Shown: piece after piece, positions 31,509-40,745 of the stretch | How the letters are laid out: every line of letters begins with the position of its first letter | Position numbering within the stretch: the stretch's first letter is position 1 | Source: an uncultured Beijerinckiaceae bacterium | Lineage (GTDB): Bacteria; Pseudomonadota; Alphaproteobacteria; Rhizobiales; Beijerinckiaceae | DNA: 52,567 nt | NCBI GenBank assembly: GCA_964243415.1 | Contig: CAXTFG010000001.1 | Location: 1 to 52,567, forward strand | Reading direction: 5' to 3' | Made by a program: the position numbers and the translations under genes | The notes under the pieces: model-generated | What the model was told of the DNA's origin: nothing | Seen by the model: only the letters and a program-made list of their open reading frames with translations | The model's database searches: none

Positions 31509-32555
31509 CTAAGCCGCTCGGGCGAGCGCGGTTTGGCGCAGGTCGGCGGCGAAGACATCGACCTGTGCGGGGTCGGCGTCCCAGCCGCACATGAAGCGGG
31601 TCGTCCCGTCGTGGAAGGTGTAGAAGCGCCAACCCTTAGCGCGCACAGCATTGAGCAGAGCCTCCGGCGCCCGCACGAAAACAGCATTCGCCTCGACCGG
31701 GAACACGGGAGCGAGGCTTGGGACGCTGGCGATCCCGGCAGCGAGTCGCCGGGCGCACGCGTTGGCATGAGCGGCGTTGCGCCGCCAGGCGCCGCTCTCG
31801 AGAAGGCCCAGCCATGGCGCGGACAGGAAACGCATTTTCGAGGCGAGTTGGCCGGCCTGCTTGCGGCGATAGCCGAAGTCCTCGGCGAGAGCCTTATTGA
31901 AGAAGACGATCGCCTCGCCGAAGCCCATGCCGTTTTTGGTGCCGCCGAAACAGAGGACGTCGACGCCGACGCGCCACGAGAGGTCGGCCGGGCTGGCGTC
32001 GAGGCTCACGCAGGCATTGGCGAAACGCGCTCCGTCCATATGCAGGTGCAGGCCGAGATCGCGGCAGGTCTTGGACACTGCGGCGATCTCGCCCGCGGTA
32101 TAGACGCGTCCCGTTTCGGTCGATTGCGTCATCGTCGCAACCCGCGGCTTGGGATAGTGATTGTCGTGATGGGCGGCGGCGACGGCGCGGATCGCGTCGC
32201 CGCTGAGCTTGCCGTCCACCGACGGCGCGACGAGCAGCTTCGAGCCGTTCGAGAAGAACTCCGGCGCGCCGCACTCGGCCGTCTCGACGTGCGCGAACGA
32301 CGTGCAGATCACCGCATGGTAGCTCTGGCAGAGCGTGGCCAGCGCCAGCGCATTGGCGGCCGTGCCGTTGAGCACGAAGAACACTTCGCACTCTGTCTCG
32401 AACAGGCGTTTAAAGGCATCGATGGCTCGGCTGGTCCAGACATCGTCGCCATAAGCCGGCGCATGACCCTGGTTGGCCTCAACAGTTGCGGCCCAAACTT
32501 CCGGGCAGATGCCGGCGTAATTGTCGCTCGCGAAGTATTGAGTGGCGTCAGACAT
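31509..32555 (-). CDS. ltaE: Low-specificity L-threonine aldolase
   Basis: FASDNY, NGTAAN, ECGAPEF, HMDGARFAN and GGTKNG. Confidence 0.9.
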   Translation of the reverse strand: MSDATQYFASDNYAGICPEVWAATVEANQGHAPAYGDDVWTSRAIDAFKRLFETECEVFFVLNGTAANALALATLCQSYHAVICTSFAHVETAECGAPEFFSNGSKLLVAPSVDGKLSGDAIRAVAAAHHDNHYPKPRVATMTQSTETGRVYTAGEIAAVSKTCRDLGLHLHMDGARFANACVSLDASPADLSWRVGVDVLCFGGTKNGMGFGEAIVFFNKALAEDFGYRRKQAGQLASKMRFLSAPWLGLLESGAWRRNAAHANACARRLAAGIASVPSLAPVFPVEANAVFVRAPEALLNAVRAKGWRFYTFHDGTTRFMCGWDADPAQVDVFAADLRQTALARAA

Positions 32556-32638
32556 GGATTATTGAAGCCCGCAAGAAGGAAGGGATCCGAGGCTCGCCCG
32601 AGCGCGCCGGTCGAGATATGCGAGTCGAAGGCTCGACG

Positions 32639-34420
32639 TCAGGCGCTCGCATAAGGGTTCGGCACGTATTTGAAGACCTGCGCGGCGAGTGCCGGCGTGA
32701 GGTCCGGACTCATGGCGTGCAGTGGATTCGACAGCATCGAGCCGCCGGGCGCAACGCGGCTCGCGATCTTGGGAAAATAGGTCTGCTCCGGGTCGATCGG
32801 CACGAGGAAAGCGGCCGGTCCAGGACCATTCAGGGCGTCGAGAACCGCATTGTCACTCTCCCATTCGGGGCCAAGCCGCGCGATCGGAAGCCGGTAGGCG
32901 GCGAACAGGCTCACCCAATCGGGGAGGCCGAGCCCGGTCGAGGTGTCGCAACCCATGTAGGACCCGCCAAAATAATTGCGTTGCGTCATGCGAATCGATG
33001 CGTAGCCGTTGTCGTCGAAAATGAAGATCTTCAGGTTGGGACGAATCGCTGCTACGGTTCCGAGCTCCTGCAGGTTCTGGGCGAATCCGCCGTCGCCCTC
33101 GATGAGGATTACGCGGCGGTCCGGTGCTGCCAGGCTGGCGCCGAGCGCGCCGCTCAGCCCATACCCCATCGAGGCCAAGCCCTTGTTGGTGATCATCCGC
33201 TGGCCCTGCTTCTGCGCGAAGGCCTGCATCATTACGGTGAAGGCGCCGCCACTGCTGCAGGGGACGATGATGTCGGCCCGCGTAGCCACCGCCGAGAGAC
33301 GCCGGACGAAGGCAAACGGATCGAGGAAGCCCGATCCCGTCTTGTTACTCTCCAGAGCGCCCACCGCTCGCTTGACCTCGTGGCAAAACGCCAGCCATTC
33401 GGACGGGGCGGATGGCTGTTGCGCGAGGATGAACGCAAAGACCGTGGCAGCGTCCGCCTTGATCGGCAGGTCGACTCGCGGGTGCCCCTTCGCGAGTTCG
33501 TTGCCGTCGATGTCGACCTGGGCCACCTTGCCGACGGGAGCGAAGGCTTGCCAGTTGAAGCCCGTCTGTTGGAGGCCGAGCCGCGTCCCGAGCGCGACGA
33601 TCAGATCGGCTTGCTGCAGCAGAATGTTGCTGTAACGCTGCCCCCAGGTGTTCGGCCGGCCGAAATACAGGGGATGGTCCGCGGCAATGCGGTCGGCGCC
33701 GTTCCATGTCGTCATGATCGGGATACCGAGCGCCTCGATCTGCGGTACGGCGCGGGAGACGACGTCCCGATCTAGGCCGCCGCCGAGCAGAAGAACCGGA
33801 CGCCGCGCCGCCGACATAAGGTTTGTGAGCGGACCTTGCCATTCCACACCGCCTTCAGCGCTTGCCGGTACCGCAGCGTCTTGGGACATCGTTCCTTCGA
33901 GGTCGCTTCGCTCGACGGGCGCGCCTTGCGCGTCGAGGCACATTTCGAGAAACACGGGACCGGGACGACCGGCTTGACCGACCGCAAGCATGGCTTCGAG
34001 TTCGGCGCGGGACACCGGTCGCTCGATCCGGAAGGCACCCGCCGTCACGGGCTTGACGATCGCAAGGCCATCGATTTCCTGGATGCCGCGCTGGCGCAGC
34101 TGATCGCCAGCGAGGTCCGACGATTTTACCTGGCCGCCGATCACGAGAACGAAACGGCTTTCGAGATAGGCGCCGGCGAAGCCGGTCACCGCATTGGTCA
34201 GGCCTGGCCCCGCGGTAACGAGGGCAAAGGCCTTCTCGTCTGATACTTCGTTGAAGTACTCGGTGGCGATCACGGTTGCGACTTCGTGCACAAACGGTCT
34301 GCAATCAAACCTATGCCGTGCCGACTCGAGCAAGTGCATGATGTTGCCGCCAGCGACGTAGAAGCACTTGGTGAAGCCGAGCTCGACCATCCAGTCCAGC
34401 ATCAGATCGCTGTACTTCAT
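32639..34420 (-). CDS. ThDP-dependent carboligase (acetolactate-synthase fold, YerE-like)
   Basis: VHE catalytic Glu, TAGPGLTN, LASMGYGL and the ThDP motif GDGGF-x22-DDNGY. ATGA overlap with the upstream cyclase. No ilvH/ilvN subunit nearby. Confidence 0.85.
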   Translation of the reverse strand: MKYSDLMLDWMVELGFTKCFYVAGGNIMHLLESARHRFDCRPFVHEVATVIATEYFNEVSDEKAFALVTAGPGLTNAVTGFAGAYLESRFVLVIGGQVKSSDLAGDQLRQRGIQEIDGLAIVKPVTAGAFRIERPVSRAELEAMLAVGQAGRPGPVFLEMCLDAQGAPVERSDLEGTMSQDAAVPASAEGGVEWQGPLTNLMSAARRPVLLLGGGLDRDVVSRAVPQIEALGIPIMTTWNGADRIAADHPLYFGRPNTWGQRYSNILLQQADLIVALGTRLGLQQTGFNWQAFAPVGKVAQVDIDGNELAKGHPRVDLPIKADAATVFAFILAQQPSAPSEWLAFCHEVKRAVGALESNKTGSGFLDPFAFVRRLSAVATRADIIVPCSSGGAFTVMMQAFAQKQGQRMITNKGLASMGYGLSGALGASLAAPDRRVILIEGDGGFAQNLQELGTVAAIRPNLKIFIFDDNGYASIRMTQRNYFGGSYMGCDTSTGLGLPDWVSLFAAYRLPIARLGPEWESDNAVLDALNGPGPAAFLVPIDPEQTYFPKIASRVAPGGSMLSNPLHAMSPDLTPALAAQVFKYVPNPYASA

Positions 34421-35508
34421 CCCGCAATCATCCCTTGCGTGCGTTCGACGGCGCGAGATAGATCGCCGAGAACATCGGCATCCCGCGGAAACCGACACAA
34501 GTCGAGCGGCAGTCCATCATCGGATGCCCGAACCGGTAGGACGAGAGTCAAGCGATCCGGCGTGTGCTTTTTGTCGGAGAGCAGGGCTTTTTCGAAGCCG
34601 TTCATATCGAGCCGGGCAAACTCGGCACGCAATTCAGGAACGGTATCGAGGAGCGCCAGGGTGTGCTCCTTCAAGCGCTCGAGCAACTCGCTGCGCCCGA
34701 CAATGCCGCGAGCGGCCGCGAACTCAAGCGCGCACAGCATGCCGAGGCCGACCGCGGCGCCGTGATTAATCGCGAAATCCGAGGCCGACTCGATCGCGTG
34801 TCCGAATGTATGCCCGAAGTTCAAGGTCAAACGCTCTTTGCGATCGAACTCGTCGATCTCGATGAACCATTGCTTGGCCTTAAGGCTGAGATGAACGACT
34901 TTCGCCAAAACAGCCTCGTCCATCGACGGCCGCGGATCGAGATCGAGATAGTCCCGAAACACCCCTCCACCGCGCGCGAAAGCGATCTTGGCGGCTTCGC
35001 AGAGGCCACCGGCGAAATGGTCGACGGCCAATGTCTGCGTGAATTGGGGATCGACGAGCACGCGGTCGGGCGGATGAATTGTTCCCGCGAGGTTTTTGTA
35101 TCGACCGACGTTGATGGATGATTTCCCGCCCACGCAGGAATCGACCATGCCCAAGACCGTCGTCGGCAGATAACTCCAACCAACACCGCGCATGAAGACC
35201 GAAGCGACGAAGCAGGCGACGTCCTGGATGATTCCGCCGCCAACGGCGACGATCTTGCCGGAACGCGTGAAGCCGGCGGCTCGCGCCGCTTCGATCAGGC
35301 GCGCCGCCTCGTCCAGCGTCTTATGCGTTTCGAGCGCGGGCACGCTCATCACCAGGCACGGCAGGTCTTTGTAGCGGTCGTTAAAGATCTCGTCGCAGAT
35401 GACGAGCGTGTCCAATCCAAGCGAGCGCAGGTGGTTCATCATAACGCCGGGCTGGATGTCCACCCTGTACGACCGCGCTTCGGCCTTGATCTCAAAGGAG
35501 TCGGGCAC
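34417..35508 (-). CDS. 3-dehydroquinate synthase-like sugar-phosphate cyclase
   Basis: GGGIIQD, PTTVLGMVDSCVGGK, KN, EAAK, LNFGHTFGHAIE and NHG. The NAD and metal motifs of the DHQS fold are retained. Confidence 0.85.
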   Translation of the reverse strand: MPDSFEIKAEARSYRVDIQPGVMMNHLRSLGLDTLVICDEIFNDRYKDLPCLVMSVPALETHKTLDEAARLIEAARAAGFTRSGKIVAVGGGIIQDVACFVASVFMRGVGWSYLPTTVLGMVDSCVGGKSSINVGRYKNLAGTIHPPDRVLVDPQFTQTLAVDHFAGGLCEAAKIAFARGGGVFRDYLDLDPRPSMDEAVLAKVVHLSLKAKQWFIEIDEFDRKERLTLNFGHTFGHAIESASDFAINHGAAVGLGMLCALEFAAARGIVGRSELLERLKEHTLALLDTVPELRAEFARLDMNGFEKALLSDKKHTPDRLTLVLPVRASDDGLPLDLCRFPRDADVLGDLSRAVERTQGMIAG

Positions 35509-36202
35509 TGCGAAATCCTAGATCGACGGCGAGGAACTGACCGGTGACGCTTCGGTTCGCCGCCGAACAGAAGAAGAGGGCCGCGGACACGACGTCCGAC
35601 ATCTCGGGCAGCCGGTTGAACAGCGTCGCTCTCTCTACTCGCTCGAGCTGTGCAGGGGTCAGCATCGCGCGCGTCATCTGCGTGTCGAGCACGCCCGGGA
35701 GAATCGCGTTGATCAGATGGCCGTCCTTGGCGAGGTCGACGGCGGCAGACGCAACGAAGCCCTGGAGGGCCGCCTTCGATACGCTGTAGGACAGCTTATT
35801 CTGGCGCGCGATGGTTTGCCAGATTGAGCTGACGACGCAGAGGCGCGAGGCCGGCTCGAGCTGGTCGCGGGCGAGTAGACCCTGCAACGTCGTCGCGACA
35901 TAAACGACGTTGGCGTCGAGCGTGGCCCGCATCGTTGCGGGATCGCAGTCGTAAACGCTATCGTTGGTATTCACCCCGTGCGCCCAGACGATCCGGTCGA
36001 AGGGCGCGTGCTCCGACACCGCATCGCGCGTATCCTCGGGCGAGCGCCCGACCGGGATATAGGTGACGCCCGCCTCCACCTCATCGAGCGGCCGGCTGCC
36101 GAGCCCGATTGCCGTTACGCCGTCGCGCGCGAAGGCGGCGGCGATCTGCGAGCCGATCATCCCGGAAGCGCCGAAGACGAGGGCCTTTGCTGTGCGCGTC
36201 AT
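35492..36202 (-). CDS. SDR family oxidoreductase
   Basis: GASGMIG, VSSIW, YSVSK (YxxxK) and NAILPG. TGATG overlap with rfbG and a 17-bp overlap with the cyclase start. Confidence 0.88.
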   Translation of the reverse strand: MTRTAKALVFGASGMIGSQIAAAFARDGVTAIGLGSRPLDEVEAGVTYIPVGRSPEDTRDAVSEHAPFDRIVWAHGVNTNDSVYDCDPATMRATLDANVVYVATTLQGLLARDQLEPASRLCVVSSIWQTIARQNKLSYSVSKAALQGFVASAAVDLAKDGHLINAILPGVLDTQMTRAMLTPAQLERVERATLFNRLPEMSDVVSAALFFCSAANRSVTGQFLAVDLGFRSARLL

Positions 36203-37320
36203 CAGGCGACCACGACGGCGCTGTCGGCATAGCGTCCAATCTGCCTTAGAACAATGTCCTTCAAGCGGTCGCCCGTGTCGGAGGTCCGGTACACCTCCAG
36301 GGTGGCCCCGAGCGCCACGTCGAGGCTCCATCGCGGACGCCAGCCGAGCAGGTTCCGCGCCTTGGTCGAGTCGAGTGTCAGGAAATGAGCCTCGTGGCGG
36401 TGTTGGCCGCCGCTCACGTCGACCCAGCCATCGGGTCGCGGCCACAGCGCGCAGACCATGTCGGCGAGTTGCCCGACAGTCACCTCGCCTGCCGCGGACG
36501 GGCCAAAATTCCAGCCCTGCGAGCGCAGCTCCGGTCGCGCCATCGCCTGTTCGCAGAGGACGAGATAGCCGGACAGAGGTTCGAGCACATGCTGCCACGG
36601 GCGGATGGCGCCCGGATGCCGGATCGGCACGGGGGTGTTCGCCTCGAAGCCGCGGACGAGATCGGGAAGCAGCCGGTCGTGGGCCCAGTCGCCGCCGCCG
36701 AACACGTTGCCAGCGCGCGCCGACACGATCCTTGTTCCCTGGCCGTCGCCGAAATAGGAGCGGGCATAGGCCGAGGCGACGATCTCGGCGCATCCCTTGC
36801 TGCTGCTATAGGGATCGTGGCCGCCCATCGCGTCGCTTTCGCGATATCCCCAGATCCACTCCCGGTTCTCATAGCACTTATCGCTGGTGACGATCAGGAC
36901 GAGCTCGACATCGCTGGAGCGGCGGACCGCTTCCAGTATGTTCACCGTACCCATCACGTTGGTGGCATAAGTCTCGACCGGCTCGTCATACGAAAGGCGG
37001 ACAAGCGGCTGGGCCGCGAGATGCAGAACAACGCTTGGCTGTTCCGTTCGAACCGCGGTCGTCAAGGCTTCGAGGTTGCGCACGTCGGCGCGGATGTCGA
37101 TCATGTCGCGCGCCACGCCGGCATCGTCGAACAGCGACCGGGTGGTCGGAATCCCGTTCGAAAACCCGGCGACTTTGGCGCCGAGCGACAGCAGCCAGAG
37201 CGCCAGCCAAGACCCTTTGAAGCCGGTATGGCCGGTGAGGAATACCTTGCGTCCGCGCCAAAAGTCGCGGGACGGACCCGCGCCGGCGTTCACGCTGCGC
37301 TCTTGTGGCCAGGGCCGCAA
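36202..37320 (-). CDS. rfbG: CDP-glucose 4,6-dehydratase
   Basis: FWRGRKVFLTGHTGFKGSWL, HLAAQPLVR, TSDKCYEN, DPYSSSK, RAGNVFGGGDW and RPWQHVLEPL. Confidence 0.95.
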   Translation of the reverse strand: MRPWPQERSVNAGAGPSRDFWRGRKVFLTGHTGFKGSWLALWLLSLGAKVAGFSNGIPTTRSLFDDAGVARDMIDIRADVRNLEALTTAVRTEQPSVVLHLAAQPLVRLSYDEPVETYATNVMGTVNILEAVRRSSDVELVLIVTSDKCYENREWIWGYRESDAMGGHDPYSSSKGCAEIVASAYARSYFGDGQGTRIVSARAGNVFGGGDWAHDRLLPDLVRGFEANTPVPIRHPGAIRPWQHVLEPLSGYLVLCEQAMARPELRSQGWNFGPSAAGEVTVGQLADMVCALWPRPDGWVDVSGGQHRHEAHFLTLDSTKARNLLGWRPRWSLDVALGATLEVYRTSDTGDRLKDIVLRQIGRYADSAVVVA

Positions 37321-37409
37321 TAGACGGTTCCGCTCAACATCGTCCTTTCTCGCTCAAGGCAGACACTCCGCCGAACCCGCGAAGCGTTAGCGCATCTACG
37401 GGGCTCTCA

Positions 37410-38384
37410 TCAACGGATACCGAGATAAGCCGCCATCGCCGCGATTTGCCCTTCGAGCGCGAGCGGACGAACTCCCTCGCGCGCCATCAGTTGATGATAG
37501 GCGACATGATCGCCGAGCATGCTGTTCGCGGCACCCGCGGTCAGCGGTGGCCGCTCGATGGCGATGTGCCCCTTGCCCGTCACCTCCCGACACAGCAGTG
37601 CCAGGTCGCCGATCTCGATTGGCTGCTCGCCCGCAACGTCGAGACTGCAGGATTCGCCTTTGAGCAGCATCGCCAGAGCGAAATTGATGACATCGCCAAC
37701 GTAGGTGTAAGAGCGCCAGACCTCGACGCTGGCGTTGAGCCGGACCGGCCGTTCCTCCTTGAGAGCGACCAGGATGCTTGCAAGGGCGTAAAGATCGAGC
37801 TTGTTGACGTACTCGCCCGCAATCGTGAAAATCCGGCCGTTGACGAAGGTGATGCCGGCGCGCTTCGAGGCGGCTGCGAATTGCGCCTCGTGCCGCATCT
37901 TCATCCAGCCGTAGAGGTTGTCTTCACGGGTCGGCTTGCCGGGCTCGCGGCCTTGGTAGACGCCACCCGACGAGGCGAAGAAAAGCCCGCTTGGCGCGGA
38001 GGTCGCGATGGCGCGCAGGACGTGCGCCTGGATCGCGTCGTTCGCCGCGATGTAGGCTTCATCGCCCACAGTCGACGTCTTGTCTTTGGTAAGATAAGCG
38101 AAATGCAGGATCGGGCTGCCGGCGATGTCGGCCGCATGGAGCCGCTCCAACGCTGCGCAGTCGATCGTGCGGCCGGACGGCAGCGTGATCAGTCGGGAGT
38201 GGGAGCCGAAGACGAGAAGTCGTCGCGGCAGCTGTTCACCGGGGAGGACCTGCTCCAGCATGGCGACCGCGGCGCTGCCGATCCAACCGGATGGTCCGAT
38301 CACGACGACCGGCGGTCCGCTCGCAGCCAGGGCCGATCGGTTGGCGGCTGTGAGCTCGAGCTGGCCCGCCACGACCTTCACCAT
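37410..38384 (-). CDS. NAD-dependent epimerase/dehydratase (extended SDR)
   Basis: GPSGWIG, HFAYLT, ASSGGVY, YGWMK (YxxxK) and RSYTYVGD. Confidence 0.85.
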   Translation of the reverse strand: MVKVVAGQLELTAANRSALAASGPPVVVIGPSGWIGSAAVAMLEQVLPGEQLPRRLLVFGSHSRLITLPSGRTIDCAALERLHAADIAGSPILHFAYLTKDKTSTVGDEAYIAANDAIQAHVLRAIATSAPSGLFFASSGGVYQGREPGKPTREDNLYGWMKMRHEAQFAAASKRAGITFVNGRIFTIAGEYVNKLDLYALASILVALKEERPVRLNASVEVWRSYTYVGDVINFALAMLLKGESCSLDVAGEQPIEIGDLALLCREVTGKGHIAIERPPLTAGAANSMLGDHVAYHQLMAREGVRPLALEGQIAAMAAYLGIR

Positions 38385-38387
38385 GCG

Positions 38388-38585
38388 CTAAGACCCGAGT
38401 ACCTCGACGCCGAGCTGCTTTGGTTGAATGAGGTTGCGCACCGCCTCGCAGCCGCCGATCTTTAGCCCAAGCTCGAGGGCGGCCTTGCGGCATATCTCGA
38501 GCAAGCGCAGCAATTCGACGCGGGTTTTCTCAGCCTTGATCGCGACATAGCCGTTGTGGAGCATGGTGCGCCCATGAAGGTTCAT
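38388..38585 (-). CDS. Hypothetical 65-aa protein or gene remnant
   Basis: GGAG RBS 7 nt before ATG 38585; the stop lies 3 nt before the epimerase ATG. No recognised motif. Confidence 0.4.
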   Translation of the reverse strand: MNLHGRTMLHNGYVAIKAEKTRVELLRLLEICRKAALELGLKIGGCEAVRNLIQPKQLGVEVLGS

Positions 38586-38687
38586 CGCGAGGCTCCCAAC
38601 ATGATGACCCGCGTTCCTAGGCCGGGGTAACGCAAGGGGCAAGTCTGCCAGCTTCGGAAGCGTCCGAACCGATCTCCTGCCCGCGGC

Positions 38688-39566
38688 TCAGATCAGGTCG
38701 ACGAAGATCGCCCTGTAGCGCATGAAGAAGTTGTGGCCAAACCGGAAGATCACGAGGGAGGCCAATAGCGTGCCGCCGTAGACGGCGAGGTTGGGCAGAT
38801 GCCCTTTGATCATGATGTCGCGGATCATGTCGACGTAATCGCCCACGATGTTAATGCGAAACAGCAGGCGGGCACGATCCGGCACGTCGTCCACGGAATA
38901 GAACACCGGCGTCGCGAACATCAGCATCGGTACGATGGATACCATGAGGTGCGCGACATCACGGGTGAAGGAGCCGAGCGCCATCAGGAACCAGCATACG
39001 CCGAGCAGAAAAAGAATGAACGGAATGACGAGAAAAGGCAGCAGCAGGACGGTCAACGGAATGTAATGAAGGATGGCGAGCGTGAAGATAAGTTCAACCG
39101 TCAAACTTATGGCCGCGTAGGTCAGAGAGCGGATCGTTGCCGTCCATGCCAGGGTCTCGCTCGGAAATATCGATCTCTTGATGAAATGGGCATGCTCGTG
39201 CAGAAGGGTCGGCGCGCGATAAGCCAGTTCGGAAAAAAGATTGAAGACAATCAATCCGATGAAGATGGATAGAGCATAGCTCTTGACGCCACCGCTCTGC
39301 ACGGAGCGCGGAACGCCCACCGCACTCGAAAAAATGACGGTATAGGCCGACAGCATGATTAGCGGGCCCATGATGGCCCAGACCCAGCCGAGTATCGAGC
39401 CGCGGAACCGCACCGCCAGCTCGCGGCGGACCACAGCGCGGATCAGTTCGCGAAGATGCCAAGCGCGCTGCAAGGGAGCGAGGAGCCCGAGACCGGTTGT
39501 GAGCGCATCTATCGCTGCGGAGGACCGGCCTTCCGGATGTGTCTCAACACGTGTCACAGTCGGCAC
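38688..39566 (-). CDS. wzm: Polysaccharide ABC exporter permease
   Basis: RELAVRFRGSILGWVW, IKRSIFP, RDVAH, FATPVFY and FVDLI; about 6 TM helices. Confidence 0.9.
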   Translation of the reverse strand: MPTVTRVETHPEGRSSAAIDALTTGLGLLAPLQRAWHLRELIRAVVRRELAVRFRGSILGWVWAIMGPLIMLSAYTVIFSSAVGVPRSVQSGGVKSYALSIFIGLIVFNLFSELAYRAPTLLHEHAHFIKRSIFPSETLAWTATIRSLTYAAISLTVELIFTLAILHYIPLTVLLLPFLVIPFILFLLGVCWFLMALGSFTRDVAHLMVSIVPMLMFATPVFYSVDDVPDRARLLFRINIVGDYVDMIRDIMIKGHLPNLAVYGGTLLASLVIFRFGHNFFMRYRAIFVDLI

Positions 39567-39681
39567 CTACCGTAGGCTCACATCCAGTTATGTCGGAAGC
39601 CGCACCCTATTGCAGACTCACGGCTGCACCGCAAGCTCGCGACCTGACGGTTGGATGACCGCGGCCTTGCTGGTCTGCCCC

Positions 39682-40470
39682 TTATGTCACCAATATATCG
39701 CCAACTTCGACGACCTGATCCGACCCGACCATGGATCTATTGTAGCTCGGGATAATCTCTTTCGGCGAGCCATAGGCGCGCACTGCTCCACTCTCGATCC
39801 AGATGACCCGATCGCACATCGTCATTAAAGTCTGCATCGAATGTGACACCACGAGGATCGTGCCTCGCTTCGCGAAGTCCTTGACGAAGGCGTCGCACTT
39901 GGCACCGAATTCGGCATCGCCGACCGACAAGGCTTCATCAACGATAAGGATGTCGGCGCTGGCATGCGCACAGATCGCGAACGCAAGGCGGGCCTGCATG
40001 CCGGACGAATACATTTTCAGAGGTTGATAGAAGAAATCGCCGATGTCCGCGAAAGCAGCGATCCCGCTCATCTGTCTGATGATTTCCGTCTTTGTCAGTC
40101 CGAGGATGGCTCCCCCGATCAGGACGTTTTCGCGACCGGTCAGATCATTGTCGAACCCGGCACCGAGAGCAAGGATGGGCGCGACCCGCCCCAAAACCGA
40201 GGCCGTGCCGTGTGTCTGCGCCGTGATCCCGCAGATGATCTGCAGCAGTGTCGTCTTGCCCGCGCCGTTGCGTCCGATAATGCCGACGCATTCTCCTCGA
40301 TCGACGCTGAAGGTAACGTCGCGGAGCACCCAGTGCTCCTTGTAGAATGTTCCCCACCGCCCGAACAACGTCTGTTTGAGCTGGTCATTGCGGTGCATGT
40401 AGAGCTGATAGGCTTTGCCGACCCCTTCGCAATGAATGATGGTTTCGCGCGGCAACGAGGACACAGTCAA
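39682..40470 (-). CDS. wzt: Polysaccharide ABC exporter ATP-binding subunit
   Basis: GRNGAGKTT, LTGREN, YSSGMQARLAFA, DEALSVGD and VSH. 262 aa, with no C-terminal glycan-binding domain. Confidence 0.92.
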   Translation of the reverse strand: MTVSSLPRETIIHCEGVGKAYQLYMHRNDQLKQTLFGRWGTFYKEHWVLRDVTFSVDRGECVGIIGRNGAGKTTLLQIICGITAQTHGTASVLGRVAPILALGAGFDNDLTGRENVLIGGAILGLTKTEIIRQMSGIAAFADIGDFFYQPLKMYSSGMQARLAFAICAHASADILIVDEALSVGDAEFGAKCDAFVKDFAKRGTILVVSHSMQTLMTMCDRVIWIESGAVRAYGSPKEIIPSYNRSMVGSDQVVEVGDILVT

Positions 40471-40745
40471 TCAAGACTCCGGTTCGAAACTCGGCTGAGC
40501 GGGCGACGGAGCACCCGGGAGACTCGACCACATACGGGAGAAGGCGCGAGCCTGGCAATACCGACTGGAACTCGTCTGATCTGGAGACGGGCAATCCTCG
40601 CGATGTCACGGGAACGCCTTGCGCCACCGCAGCGAATGAAGCAGCGGGAGCAGTCCGAATCCTAATCATTCCTTCGTCGAGTGTGGCGACTTTGCTGCCA
40701 GCACCATAATTCGCCCGTAATGAAGAGAGTGCGAGGTGTGTCCGC

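Noticed and set aside
31167-33775. Long plus-strand ORFs (495 aa and 429 aa), and similar ones such as 686..1801, 24124..25371 and 46321..47502
   Set aside because: Antisense shadows of well-supported genes, as expected in high-GC DNA; no motifs.
34417-35508. Calling the cyclase housekeeping aroB or a mycosporine DDG synthase
   Set aside because: Motif substitutions, no aroK, no O-methyltransferase or ATP-grasp partner, and tight coupling to CDP-sugar genes.
36203-36793. N-terminal extension of the SDR ORF 35492..36793
   Set aside because: Arg-rich out-of-frame overlap with rfbG; the SDR Rossmann motif begins right after ATG 36202.
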